Assembly (NCBI GenBank): GCA_964016885.1
Contig: OZ024740.1
Coordinates: 194,742,001-194,806,000 of the forward strand
Length of the DNA stretch: 64,000 nucleotides
Source of the DNA: Eledone cirrhosa
Lineage: Eukaryota
Direction of reading: 5' to 3'
The notes under the pieces are model-generated. The model saw only the letters and a program-made list of their open reading frames with translations, made no database searches and was not told where the DNA came from. Below are positions 1-12,492 of this stretch, piece after piece (within the stretch, counting starts at the first letter, position 1; the number at the start of each line of letters is the position of its first letter). A program made the translations under genes and the position numbers.

Positions 1-1753
1 CAGTTTATCCGGGGGTTCACCTTACATATGATACACTTCCTATTGGTACAGTGGGTTTTCTTAAAAGGGTAGGTTTTGCTGATCAGGGATTTTATGGTGG
101 TTCCTGGCTTTTCTACCACCTTTATTTTTAAGTGGGTCTTTCTCAAGGCCTTTCTACACTGGTTAGCTAATTTCCCTCCAGGGGTGGCGTCCACAAACAT
201 GACACTCTGATATCTCTGGTTGTCGTACCATGATGTGGCCTTCCCTATCTTATGTCTAGCCCTATCTAAGCTATTCCATGATTTGCTCCTGTATAGTGGG
301 CAAATTCCTTTCATGTCCAGTTCTATGAGGGTCTTATACTTTTCCATGGCTCCTTCGTATACTCTGACTCTGTCTCTTTGGTTGTAGCCAGAGAACTGCA
401 TGCGGTTGATGAAGGGTTGGATGTGTCCTTCCATTTCTGTTGGGTCGCACATGCTGGACACATTCTTCATCACTCGTACCAAATCTGCGATCAGAATATT
501 AAACTTAGCACTACTGGACATTGCTGAGTTTTTGAGTATCAGGTATTTGGAGGCCATGGGTTTAGCATAGTGTGAGTGGAGAATTTGGGCTCTCTCGTCT
601 ATAGTGTTAATCTAGAGTTCTGTGTCTAATACAGGTAGTCTATTGTTAGGGTGTTTGGAAGGGAAGTCTATAGTTACAGTTATACTCTGGTGTATGGAAT
701 TAGCTATCTCCTGGATGCTTTCCATCGTGCTACGTTCTAAATCAAACTTGTTAGTGCTCTCTAGTGGGGGTGTTCTTATAACTATATTGATATCGTCTAC
801 ATAACGAGAGTACATGATGAGGTCTATGGAGCTTTCATTAAGGAGATCTTTAAGTCTCCTTTCCCACCATACCATGAAAAGGTTGGCAACATCACCAGCT
901 ATGCTGACGCCGATGGCTGCTCCCTCATTTTGGGTGTAGATTTTCTCATTGAACTTAAATATGTGGCCCTTTAGGGTAGTTTTGATACTAGCCCCTATTG
1001 CATGTGCGACCATTTTTCTTACCTGATCAGTGTTTTGGGGGGTCCGTATGGCTTTGGTCCACCCAATCCCCCTTCCTATGGGAGTCTTTTTAGCCATTGA
1101 GGTTATGGTGGGGGGTCTACCTCTTATAGGTCTACTAGGGCAGAAACATCTAAGGTCATGGCTGTCTAGGTAGTCAGTGTCGTAGGTAAGTCTAAGTAGG
1201 AGGCCCAGTTCGTCTGTGTCGACGTCGCAGAACTCCACCTCACTCTCAATGATCATCTCCACACATCTTTTCACAGCAAAATCAATGTTAATGGATGGGT
1301 ACAGTGACACCACATCCATGCTGCCTATTATGCAGTTGGATAGGCTCCTGTTTTTGTTGCACTCACTGATTCTGCTGAGGAGGTCCTCTGTACTTTCACA
1401 TACATCTGGGGACATCTTGATTATGGGGCGTATAACCATTGAGAGGAAGTAGGAGATCCTGTAGTTGCTAGCTATATTAGCTCCGCATACGGGTCTTGTT
1501 GGTGGTCCTGTTGTCGGGTCGTCGACTGTCTTGTGGTCTTTGCGGAGCCCATACAAGGGTGGTATGCCATTGTTAGACGCCTGGAAGTTGTTGGCAGTGC
1601 GTCTGCTTGGCTTTAGGATGTCAGTCCACATCATCATGTGAGCGTTGAGGATTTTTTCTCTCCCATCGTGTGTTAGTTGTGCAACTTCGCTCGTGTTGGT
1701 GATGTGGGGTTGCATTGCCTCGATGTAGTTCGGCATGCTATCTATTGACATCC
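1..1753 (-). mobile_element. Inverted, 5'-truncated copy of the adjacent Penelope-like element (continues beyond window start)
   Basis: Reverse complement matches + strand 3176-4928 almost exactly; ORF 612..1778(-) repeats the RT sequence but has TGG->TAG at ~612. Confidence 0.95.
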
Positions 1754-2982
1754 AAGCTGAAAGGTTACTGAAAGACACTGTTTTCTGTTATATAAAAACT
1801 ACAATAACAACAGAACAAATCCGCTTCTTAAAACACTGTGTTTCCTCCAAAACATACACAACAAACATATCAAAACAAGTAAATAATTTATTATTGAACA
1901 AAACACAAGCCGAACGGCTAAAACACACAATAACAGTTAATATGAAAAGAACAACATACACAAAAGTCAACGCACTCTACAGACAAAAACGCATCAACGG
2001 TAAGGAAATCCGAAATTTCATCACAGCAAACGAGAGAGACGACTTCATGAGCGTCATCCGACGCGAAACGAAATATGCTCAAAACGAATGCTGTAGGCAT
2101 TTCAAGAAGAAATTAGAATGGATGAATAAGAAAAAACTACAAGAAAGGAAAATCGAATATTCTCAAAAATACCCAGATAACATCGACAATATCCGTATGA
2201 GTGATGTAAAACTACCGGAAGAATTTACCAATGACCACACAGTAAATATCTATGGGAACACTTTAATCAGTGAACAAGAACAACAAATCCTAAGGTTACC
2301 ACCAAAATTTGCCATCTACAAAATGATTAACCCTATGGAATGCAAAACGGAGCTGGAAAAGTGTTTCACAAAAATACGTTGGAATGCAAAGGTAAACAAC
2401 AACAACAATAATAACGGTAGTAATAATATAAACAATAACTCTGGGTATAGAAATAACAGCCATAACCATAACAATGGCAGGAAAGTGAGAAATAGTGATA
2501 ATGGCAATAATACTAGCGATAGACGGAACAACAACAACCACAATAATAATAATAATAGAAACGTTAACCACAGACACAGCAACAGTGACCACAGTAGTAA
2601 TAACGGTAACAATACGAACAACAACAACAATAACCACAGTGGTAATAATGGAAATAGTACATGTAGCAACATCAACAAAAACAAGAAACATAATAATAGT
2701 AACAACCACAATGGTAGAAATAGCAGTAACAACAACAACAATAACGGTGAAGTAAACAACAATACATCTAGCAATCATAACAATAATAATAATAATGCTA
2801 ATGATAGAAACAACAACAACCACCATGATAACAATAATAGCAACACACACAACTATGACGATAGAAATAACGACAACCCCTTAGAGAAACTATTTTTCAA
2901 CCCAGCTGACAAAACATATAAGATGGGTAATATCTATCCTACGAGGTTACCCTTTAATAAAAGAGTTTGCATACCACAGTAA
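1735..2982 (+). pseudogene. N-terminal part of the PLE ORF with Asn-rich tract; in frame with the RT ORF but ended by TAA
   Basis: Same frame as 2992..5283; contains LRLPPKFA/FTKIRW PLE-type N-terminal motifs; the ATG at 1735 lies inside the inverted copy and is an artefact of the junction. Confidence 0.8.
2395..2875 (+). repeat. AAC/AAT-rich coding low-complexity tract (poly-Asn)
   Basis: About 160 codons of N/S/H/G/R-rich sequence, frame kept open. Confidence 0.9.
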
Positions 2983-2991
2983 ATAGATGAC

Positions 2992-5283
2992 GTGACGGAG
3001 GCACAGTTCACCATAGCTAGAAATAAGATTAGACAGGTAGTAGACAGGTACACTATGAGACAGAGCAGACCAGAGGCCCAACAACTTGGGAGAAAACCTG
3101 TAGAAGGCTTGGTTAGCCTCAAGCAGCGCACAAGGGATGGTGAGGTAGTGTGTCTACCCACAGATAAGTCTGGTAGGATGTCAATAGATAGCATGCCGAA
3201 CTACATCGAGGCAATGCAACCCCACATCACCAACACGAGCGAAGTTGCACAACTAACACACGATGGGAGAGAAAAAATCCTCAACGCTCACATGATGATG
3301 TGGACTGACATCCTAAAGCCAAGCAGACGCACTGCCAACAACTTCCAGGCGTCTAACAATGGCATACCACCCTTGTATGGGCTCCGCAAAGACCACAAGA
3401 CAGTCGACGACCCGACAACAGGACCACCAACAAGACCCGTATGCGGAGCTAATATAGCTAGCAACTACAGGATCTCCTACTTCCTCTCAATGGTTATACG
3501 CCCCATAATCAAGATGTCCCCAGATGTATGTGAAAGTACAGAGGACCTCCTCAGCAGAATCAGTGAGTGCAACAAAAACAGGAGCCTATCCAACTGCATA
3601 ATAGGCAGCATGGATGTGGTGTCACTGTACCCATCCATTAACATTGATTTTGCTGTGAAAAGATGTGTGGAGATGATCATTGAGAGTGAGGTGGAGTTCT
3701 GCGACGTCGACACAGACGAACTGGGCCTCCTACTTAGACTTACCTACGACACTGACTACCTAGACAGCCATGACCTTAGATGTTTCTGTCCTAGTAGACC
3801 TATAAGAGGTAGACCCCCCACCATAACCTCAATGGCTAAAAAGACTCTCATAGGAAGGGGGATTGGGTGGACCAAAGCCATACGGACCCCCCAAAACACT
3901 GATCAGGTAGGAAAAATGGTCGCACATGCAATAGGGGCTAGTATCAAAACTACCCTAAAGGGCCACATATTTAAGTTCAATGAGAAAATCTACACCCAAA
4001 ATGAGGGAGCAGCCATCGGCGTCAGCATAGCTGGTGATGTTGCCAACCTTTTCATGGTATGGTGGGAAAGGAGACTTAAAGATCTCCTTAATGAAAGCTC
4101 CATAGAGCTCATCATGTACTCTCGTTATGTAGACGATATCAATATAGTTATAAGAACACCCCCACTAGAGAGCACTAACAAGTTTGATTTAGAACGTAGC
4201 ACGATGGAAAGCATCCAGCAGATAGCTAATTCCATACACCAGAGTATAACTGTAACTATAGACTTCCCTTCCAAACACCCTAACAATAGACTACCTGTAT
4301 TAGACACAGAACTCTGGATTAACACTATAGAGGAGAGAGCCCAAATTCTCCACTCACACTATGCTAATCCCATGGCCTCCAAATACCTGATACTCAAAAA
4401 CTCAGCAATGTCTAGTAGTGCTAAGTTTAATATTCTGATCGCAGATTTGGTACGAGTGATGAAGAATGTGTCCAGCATGTGCGACCCAACAGAAATGGAA
4501 GGACACATCCAACACTTCATCAACCGCATGCAGTTCTCTGGCTACAACCAAAGAGACAGAGTCAGAGTATACGAAGGAGCCATGGAAAAGTATAAGACCC
4601 TCATAGAACTGGACATGAAAGGAATTTGCCCACTATACAGGAGCAAATCATGGAATAGCTTAGATAGGGCTAGACATAAGATAGGGAAGGCCACATCATG
4701 GTACGACAACCAGAGATATCAGAGTGTCATGTTTGTGGACGCCACCCCTGGAGGGAAATTAGCTAACCAGTGTAGAAAGGCCCTGAGAAAGACCCACTTA
4801 AAAATAAAGGTGGTAGAAAAGCCAGGAACCACCATAAAATCCCTGATCAGCAAAACCTACCCTTTTAAGAAAACCCACTGTACCAATAGGAAGTGTATCA
4901 TATGTAAGGTGAACCCCCGGATAAACTGTAAAACTAGAAACGTAGTCTATAGCATAAGATGTACAGAGGGTACTTGCAGAAACATGACAACAACATACAT
5001 AGGTGAGACAGCTCGTAGCATAGGTGAAAGGATAGACCAACACTGGGGGGAACTAAAAGGACGAAAAAACGGGTCAGTACTATACGAACATGCTAGACAA
5101 CAACATGACGGTAACATAGACAACATAGAAATTAGAATAATATCTAAACATAGGAATGACCCAGCAGATAGGCAAATCAGAGAGGCCAGTGAAATAGAAA
5201 TTAGAAGACCAAAGCTAAACAGAAAGAATGAGTGGAACAACAACAACACCCAAACAAACAACACTGACCTAAGAGAAGTATAA
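2992..5283 (+). CDS. PLE reverse transcriptase + GIY-YIG endonuclease
   Basis: 763-aa uninterrupted ORF with RT YVDD and GIY-YIG motifs. Confidence 0.92.
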   Translation: MTEAQFTIARNKIRQVVDRYTMRQSRPEAQQLGRKPVEGLVSLKQRTRDGEVVCLPTDKSGRMSIDSMPNYIEAMQPHITNTSEVAQLTHDGREKILNAHMMMWTDILKPSRRTANNFQASNNGIPPLYGLRKDHKTVDDPTTGPPTRPVCGANIASNYRISYFLSMVIRPIIKMSPDVCESTEDLLSRISECNKNRSLSNCIIGSMDVVSLYPSINIDFAVKRCVEMIIESEVEFCDVDTDELGLLLRLTYDTDYLDSHDLRCFCPSRPIRGRPPTITSMAKKTLIGRGIGWTKAIRTPQNTDQVGKMVAHAIGASIKTTLKGHIFKFNEKIYTQNEGAAIGVSIAGDVANLFMVWWERRLKDLLNESSIELIMYSRYVDDINIVIRTPPLESTNKFDLERSTMESIQQIANSIHQSITVTIDFPSKHPNNRLPVLDTELWINTIEERAQILHSHYANPMASKYLILKNSAMSSSAKFNILIADLVRVMKNVSSMCDPTEMEGHIQHFINRMQFSGYNQRDRVRVYEGAMEKYKTLIELDMKGICPLYRSKSWNSLDRARHKIGKATSWYDNQRYQSVMFVDATPGGKLANQCRKALRKTHLKIKVVEKPGTTIKSLISKTYPFKKTHCTNRKCIICKVNPRINCKTRNVVYSIRCTEGTCRNMTTTYIGETARSIGERIDQHWGELKGRKNGSVLYEHARQQHDGNIDNIEIRIISKHRNDPADRQIREASEIEIRRPKLNRKNEWNNNNTQTNNTDLREV

Positions 5284-5560
5284 ATAAGTAAATAAAATAA
5301 AATAAAATAAGATAAATAAATACATACACAAGCACAATAACAACAAGCACATAAACACACACTAGTCACCCAACAGACACAACACTATACACACTAGTCA
5401 CACATCACACATAACACTATACACACACACAAACGCATGCGCAAAGAAGACAAAATAAAATAAGATAAACAAACAAGCAAATAAATAAATAAATATATAG
5501 ACAGACTGAATAAAAAATGGCGTAGACATACAACACAACAGGAGGAACAATGAATATAAC

Positions 5561-5600
5561 ACCACTGACGATGTTGCAGATGTGCAACGAAAGATTTATG
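5561..5600 (+). ncRNA. Minimal hammerhead-like motif in PLE 3' region (imperfect)
   Basis: CTGACGA-T-GTTGCA-gatg-TGCAAC-GAAA; stems I and III weak. Confidence 0.5.
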
Positions 5601-5629
5601 TAAATTATGTAAACTATATATATATATAT

Positions 5630-5859
5630 GTGTTTGTGTCTATATTGTATCTGTATTATTTTTGACCGCCGGTCAGTCAATGGCAACATTGAAGACCGAG
5701 TAAGTTAGATCGCAGATATAAAAGACAGCGAGAAGCGAAAACCAACCAAACAGTGAGTGTGTTCTGTTATTAATTCTGGCAATATTACGCAAATATGACC
5801 CTCCCCAAGTATAACAATATCTGTTTCGACACACGATTTCATATTAAAAAACCTCGCAA

Positions 5860-5861
<2 letters not shown>
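5630..5861 (-). mobile_element. Short non-coding repeat fragment (PLE pLTR-like) between two (TA)n tracts
   Basis: Minus strand carries GAAAC-agatatt-GTT half-hammerhead; pieces recur rearranged at 61228-61316. Confidence 0.5.
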
Positions 5862-5901
<40 letters not shown>

Positions 5902-7129
5902 GGAAAAAATGAAACGAAATTTCATTTCCCACTCTTAGTACGCCTGTTACTTAAATATAAGTATGTACACGTACATACATATATGTATACAGACGCACAG
6001 TAGTATGTATATATATATATACATACATGCACACATATATATATGTACGTATGGATTCACCGAACATTTATTATAATGCTCGGTGTGTTTGTAAACAAAC
6101 ATCCCGTATTAAGCCGTAGTGTCTAGCAACCATCGTTGCTCGTTTGTTCAACACTGACAAAGGAACGCTGTACTAGTTTCAAGCTTATTAGCTATCGTCA
6201 GCAACGTATACCTTCGTGCCAGATTGTTGAACGTATATATATATATACATTTATATACTCATATAAGACAAGCTTTTACACAATCTCTTCGTCTATCAAA
6301 TACCACTCACAAAATATTTGTCAACGTGAAACTATGGTAGAAGTAATTTTGCAAAAATGTCATGCAGTGTGATTAAACTCGGAACTTCATGGTTGCAAAA
6401 CCAATGTCTTAACCACACAGCCATCTCTATCTCTCTGCTTTTAATTTTCTTACACACTCAAACACACACACATCGGTTCGGACATCCGCAGTGGCATATA
6501 CATAATCACTCACACAGGAACAATCACAGATAATGATATACACAGATTTCTAGACAAACTCATATTCCTCTGCACAAAAATAGACACACACTCACAAACA
6601 CATTCAACCTTCTCAAACACACTCATACAGGTGCACAAAAGTATTCACTTAATCACAAATAGCAGCAATCGTACACAGAGATACACATACATTCTTACAT
6701 TCAAACCTACATTACACATATATACACACATATATAAATAATAGTCACATGCATGTAGAAACAGATTTACACGCAGAGACAAAGAGGCACACACATACAC
6801 ACACACACACATACACACATCTCAAACGTTATATTTCTATTACTTTCTCGTTGTTGTTTTTTTGTATTTTGTTTGTTTTTGTTTTTTGTTTGTTTGTTTT
6901 TTGTTTCCGTTTGATTTTTGTTTTGAAAGTGTTAAACAGTTTTACTGGCGGATATAAAGAAAAACAAAGAAAAAATAAAATATCTATTCTTCACATTCTC
7001 TCACATTTTTCTTCCTTTTAACCCCAACCGTCATTAATTGTTTAATGGCTTACAGTTACAGGGAAGATACCAAGGTCTTCTCAAGTTTAAGCTTTTTAAC
7101 TGTGAGTACTTAATGTTTTGTTTTCGTTA

Positions 7130-7590
7130 TGAAAGAGTGGTAGATTGATAAATTGGTAGAGTCATTGAAGTGACGGTCAAATGCGTTGCAGTATTTGTTC
7201 CAGCTAATTTATGTTCTGATTTCACATCACACAGAAGTCAGCTTAGTGTTTTTATCCTTCCGTGGTCGATAGAATAAAGTACCAGTTAAGTTCTTAGGTC
7301 AATTTAATCCATTAACACTTCCCACGAAGTGATACCATTGGGCTTATGCTAGAAATTATCATTATCATCATCATCATCATTATTGTTATCATTATTAATG
7401 AGGGCAGTGGATTGGCAGAATCAGTAGAGCTTTGTACATCTGAGTTCAAATCCCGCCGAGATTAGGTTTGCCTTTCATCCTTACGGGATCGATAAAATAA
7501 ATTAGCAGTAATGTACTGGGGTCGATTTAATCGACTTTCTCCTCCCCCAAAAAATGTTGGCCTTGTGCCTAAATCAGAAATCATTATTGA
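7130..7590 (+). mobile_element. Two tandem tRNA-derived SINE copies
   Basis: B-box-like GAGTTCAAATCC and conserved core GCCTTTCATCC..GGG.TCGATAAAATAA..GTAC; family recurs at 28.6, 46.7, 49.6 and 63.0 kb. Confidence 0.75.
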
Positions 7591-7899
7591 GTTTCTCGGG
7601 ACGTGTTGCAGATCGGTGGAGTGGGTTTATTGTTTGTTTACATGTTTCTAAAATATATTGTTTTATAACTCAACTAAGCATCTTCTTAAGAAGCTGATTG
7701 GTTTCCCTCCATCTGTCGCCCTTAAGGGCTAAATCTGGGTTTCTTTTTCCAAAATACGCCCCTCAATTTAAAAAACAAATCATGACAGATGAGAAAATTT
7801 CCCCGCTGAAAAAAACGATTGGCTGGGCGGAAAATGGAACAGCCAAAGTTCAGAAGACAATGACAGCAGTAGCAGCAGCAGTAGCAGCAGCAGTAGCAG

Positions 7900-10540
7900 C
7901 AGCAGTAGCGATGGGACATACGTGAAAAGTATGAAATTAATTTTGCGCAATTGAACACTTTGACACCACCGCCGCCATCACCAGAACACCAATAAGAAAC
8001 AACTAAAAACAACAACAATACTAGTACCAACACGTCCAGCAACAACAAAAAATATTTCATAAATAATAGTAGCACCATGAACATCAAAATCAACACCAAT
8101 GACAACATAAACAGTAACAACAACATGAACAACATGGAAAGGACAAGACAGTTCGGCACAATCTCAGTGCAGTTCAAAACTGAGGTTGTTGCAATAGAAC
8201 AACCCGTGGTCCCCTGTAAAACAGACCACATTATCATGTACCTGCCCTTCATGGGCAGAAGAACGGTGAAGATACGCATTTCCAGGATCCCGCCAGGACT
8301 GAACTTATGATAGCTCCTGGGAAGTATGGTCGAGGAGGGGAATAAACGTTAAAAGAAAACTGGTCAGGAATGGATTTGGAGATTCTCCTCCAAATCAGGC
8401 CAGATGAACTTAAAAACATCTCGGACCATGTTCGCCTTCAGTAACAGTACCAGCAGGATCCCGCCAGGACTGAACTTATGGTAGCTCCTGGGAAGCGTGG
8501 TCGAGGAGGTGAATAACGGTGTTTTCCTCGGCGCAAGAAAAACGTTAAGAGAAGACTAGTCAGGGGTGGATTTGGAGATTCCTCTCCAAATCAGGCCAGA
8601 TGAACTGAAAACATTTCGGACTTTGTTCGCCTTCAGCAACAGCACCAGCACCAGCAGCTAAACCACCACTACAAGCAAATAAAACAGAATCAACCCAACG
8701 GGGAAGATGAGGAAAGCTCTCCCCTCATCCCCTCCACAAACAATTAATACACACACATAAACACCCCTACTAACACAAACATAGAGACCTCGTGTTCTCC
8801 TAGCGAAGAATTGGGAAAACCACAAAGAGCGAAAAAACAAAATCGCAAACACAAGAAAAAGAAAAAAACCTCAAACATTTCATACAACAAACATAGACAC
8901 ATCCACAACTACACCAACACCGCTACCACAACCAGCCAAATGAAAACGAGTACAACCACATCAATAAAGAACACCCACAGAAAAACTGTGTGCTAGTAAG
9001 AAGGGCCAACGAAAACCTGATGATGGTATGAATATCGCTGGGCGCTTACAATAACATTCGGGAGAGCTTTCCACATTATTTAAAAGCAACGAGCAAGCTT
9101 TTAAATGGATTTCAGAAAGAAACCCCACCAAACATGGAGGTGGAACTACTCGACCTCCACGAACGCCTGGAGGCTAAGTAAACCTTTTTTCTCTTGATCA
9201 ACCAGCCAGCATGGCTATCATATGAGTATGTTGCATAAATGTCCGTGGCCTGGGGTCGTCCTGGAAGCAGGGTTGCTTGCTGAACGACTTCAGGTCATTA
9301 GGTATGGATGTGCATGCCGTCAGCGAGACCAAGATTTCCGACACACGCGTACTAGTCCCCATTTCCGACGACTATTAGATCTTCGCATCTCTTATTCGAC
9401 CGGGAATGGGATGTGGGGTTGCAGTGCTGTTTAAGAAAGGCCTAAATCTGAACATGTCATTCCCGGCACGTAAAGGCTACAGGGACCTGGTCAAATATTC
9501 AGTGAAGCAAAGGTTGACAACAGGGAGGGGTAGTCAATAGCAGGTGGTGGGAGCTATTAAAAGAGAGACTAGAGTAATCTCGATAGGTTTTAGTAAAGAA
9601 GTAGAAATAGAGAAAAATAGGGGGGGGGGGCTGGTAGCTAAATTAGATGAGGCGATTAGAAATGGTATTGCAACTGACGTGCTGGAGGCGAGAATGGCAC
9701 TACACCATTTCTTCAATGCAAAACACGAAGGTTGCAACGTCAGAGCTAAGGCGCATACTCTAAGAAACGAGGAAACCAAGGCTGTTCGATGGGCCCCGAG
9801 TGGTGGAGGCGTAGCGGGGTAACAAAACCACAATTCGGCCTTTGATGGAACGAAATGATAGTGAGCTGAACGATTCCAGGCAGATAAGTGAGGCCTTTCA
9901 CCAGCACTTTGCTCGGCTGTTCGGGGGGAGCGAGGAGCCGCAGACGTTAGCATATTTCAGTCACTACCTCAATGGCCTACTGCATCTCTTACCAGCCGAT
10001 GCTGAGCGCTGCGAAATGCCGATAACTTCAGCCACGATTCGGGATACCCTAGTCGGCTGTACAAGGTACAAGTCACCCAGTTTGAATGGTCTGCCCTATG
10101 AGCTTTATTTAGATATGCCAGACTTGTTACCCGATCTCCTCAAGGTGCTCTAATGCAACTGGCATGAGAACGTGAGTATTCCCTGTTCTGTGAACTGGGG
10201 CGTAGTGACTCTGATAAGTAAAGATGAGAAGCATACGTTAGATAACTTCAGGCCCATAACTCTACTGAATACAGAGTTTAAGATTTTTGCAGGGGAGAGG
10301 GGTGCCCTTCCCGAGTGCCCTCGAAGTGTCGGGTAGTTCAGGATTTGTGGTACCTGGGTCGTCACTGGCTGGTTCACCCCTCTATTGGGGAATTTACTTT
10401 GCTATATTTTTATATATTTTTATATATTTTCATTGTTAATTTGTTGTTTTGTATTTTTACTCGATGTTATTGTAAACTCCCACGGTTCCAGTCTTTGAAT
10501 TGTCCCTTATATGTCGGCTCTTGTGGCCGATAAATGAAAC
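7900..10540 (+). mobile_element. Degraded Tx1/L1-clade non-LTR retrotransposon
   Basis: ORF fragments 9544-10290 are homologous to ORF2 at 14971-18210 (FNAKHEGC, KSPSLNGLPYELY, FRPITLLNTE); 3'UTR-like end at ~10540; internal deletions. Confidence 0.85.
8283..8640 (+). repeat. Diverged ~170-190 bp tandem duplication
   Basis: CAGGATCCCGCCAGGACTGAACTTATG...TTCGCCTTCAG occurs at ~8283 and ~8454. Confidence 0.85.
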
Positions 10541-11323
10541 CATTATTATCATTATTATTATCATTATTTCTGTTGTTATTGCTTTATTATTGATATCACT
10601 GCAACTTCGATTGTTGTGGTATTTGTTTGTTTATGCAATTACATGTTAGAACATTGTGAAATTACATTTAGTAGTTTTCATTTTCACTTTTTTTCTGTGG
10701 AAATAAAATGTGTAAAGAGAAATATACAAAAGAGGAAATTTTATTAGTCACTATGTAATTCCTCTAAAGGATTTCAAGTATACAATTGAAACGCTGTATC
10801 ATGCCAAAAGGGATTAATGGAATACACAGAGTGGTTAATATATTTAGTTTATTTTGATTGCTATCTGTTATGTTTCAATAAGTTGCAGAAGGGTAAATCA
10901 ATTGGATGTAAGACTGTTGGCTATGTGGTCGATGTTTTGAAATTATATAATCAGTTGCCTAACCTCAGATGAACAATCCTCGAGTATATCTGTGATCAAG
11001 TTGTGGCTTGAACATATCTGTGATGCTGGCTTCTCAGAGCACAACACTGAAAATATTTTTGGCGTCTCTATCTTAATAAACAGAAGAAATGTTTACACCC
11101 TTTTCACATGCACTGAGTATGACTCCTTCATTGTCCTCCGTGTTACACCTCTGCTAGACCATCATATATTGGAAGAGTACCTGTGAATACATTATTTAAT
11201 GTATTCATTCCATTGTTAAAATATATAGTCAATACTTCTTCATGTTCTTAGCCAGGGGAAGCAAGAATTTAGTGAACTTTTAGCCTTGACACCCTATCTC
11301 TCAGTCTTTTAATATCATGCCTT

Positions 11324-11329
<6 letters not shown>

Positions 11330-11404
<75 letters not shown>

Positions 11405-11455
11405 CTCGCTCTCTCTCTCTCTCTCTCTCTCTACCTATATATATATATATATATC
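11330..11455. repeat. (CT)n/(TA)n microsatellite
   Basis: Seen directly. Confidence 0.95.
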
Positions 11456-11479
11456 CGTGTCTTATTGGCAGATGTAAGA

Positions 11480-12145
11480 CTGATCATCAATACAAAAGTA
11501 GGGTTTGAATATTCATTTATTATGGCTAGAGATCTTATCTGATGATTCTGTGAATGCACAGGTGAAACTCCAGAGTAGCAAGGCTCACATAAATGAATAT
11601 AAATTTGTCTGTGTGAGAGGGTGTGTGTGTGTGTATGTTCGAAATAATAAGGAACCACTTGCCCTGTCTGATGCTGAAAAGGAGGCATATAAGACTTACT
11701 ATGAGAGGCTGCTAATGAAGAGAATAAATGGGCCAGCGAGGGCCAACCCAATCCAACTCAGAAATCAGCCATAAAAGTTGACAGTAGCATGATAGATAAA
11801 GTAATTAAGGACATAAAGGTAGGGAAGGCAGCTGGACCATCCAATACACTTACTAAGATACTAAAAGCATCTGGCATGGTAGAATTCAAGCTAATCTGAC
11901 TCATATTTAATTATATAGTACAGGATGGTGTCATACCCAATGACAATGGCAGTAGTATTATAGTGAATTGCTATAGGGGCATAGCAGATGTACTACAGAG
12001 GGATAACTACAGGGGCATCAAGTTGATGGACCAGGTCATGAAAGTTGCTGAAACTAATTGGGAATAGAATCAAGTTAGATGAGATGCCGTTTGGATTTAT
12101 GAAAGGTATGTGTATACCGATAACCTCTTTCTAGTGAGATAAACT
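11480..12145 (+). mobile_element. Degenerate RTE LINE fragment
   Basis: Homologous to ~42000-42650 (YYERLL, GKAAGPS, NYRGIKLMDQVMKV) with stops and frameshifts. Confidence 0.85.
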
Positions 12146-12492
12146 TAGCTAACACATGCTTATTTTAAGATAAGATATAATTGAGGGAGAATCGGCTGCT
12201 ATTTTTAGAATATCAAATGACTATGCAGAAGCCTCTCTCATTAAATTAATGGTAGTGTGTGTCAGGTTTAATCAGAATAAATTAGTATTGTGCCCTTTCA
12301 TATACAATGTGGGGAGCAGGGTCCCTACATGACTTATCAGCTGCTGTTCTAATAACATATTCACTTAGGCACTTAGTTTTTCCTTTGTTTCTAAAAACCT
12401 CAAAACAACTCAGGAATCAGAAAAGAGATACAGATAGATAGATAGATAGATAGATAATAGAGATGTATATATATATATATATATATATAGAT

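Larger units (their letters stand above)
1754..5615 (+). mobile_element. Penelope-like retroelement (PLE), possibly Naiad-type, 5'-truncated
   Basis: RT motifs (PTDKSG, LYGLRKDHK, MDVVSLYPSI, GAAIG, YVDD), Cys-rich linker and C-terminal GIY-YIG (VVYSIRC...YIGET.R...R); 3' region has a hammerhead-like core; ends at (TA)n. Subclade is inference. Confidence 0.93.

Noticed and set aside
2296-2850. Hydrophobic membrane-protein-like ORFs on the minus strand
   Set aside because: Antisense shadows of the AAC/AAT repeat.
2980-2982. Selenocysteine recoding in the PLE ORF
   Set aside because: Codon is TAA, not TGA; no SECIS identified.
9015-9045. CTGATGA hammerhead core with small stem
   Set aside because: No GAAA box or stems I/III downstream.
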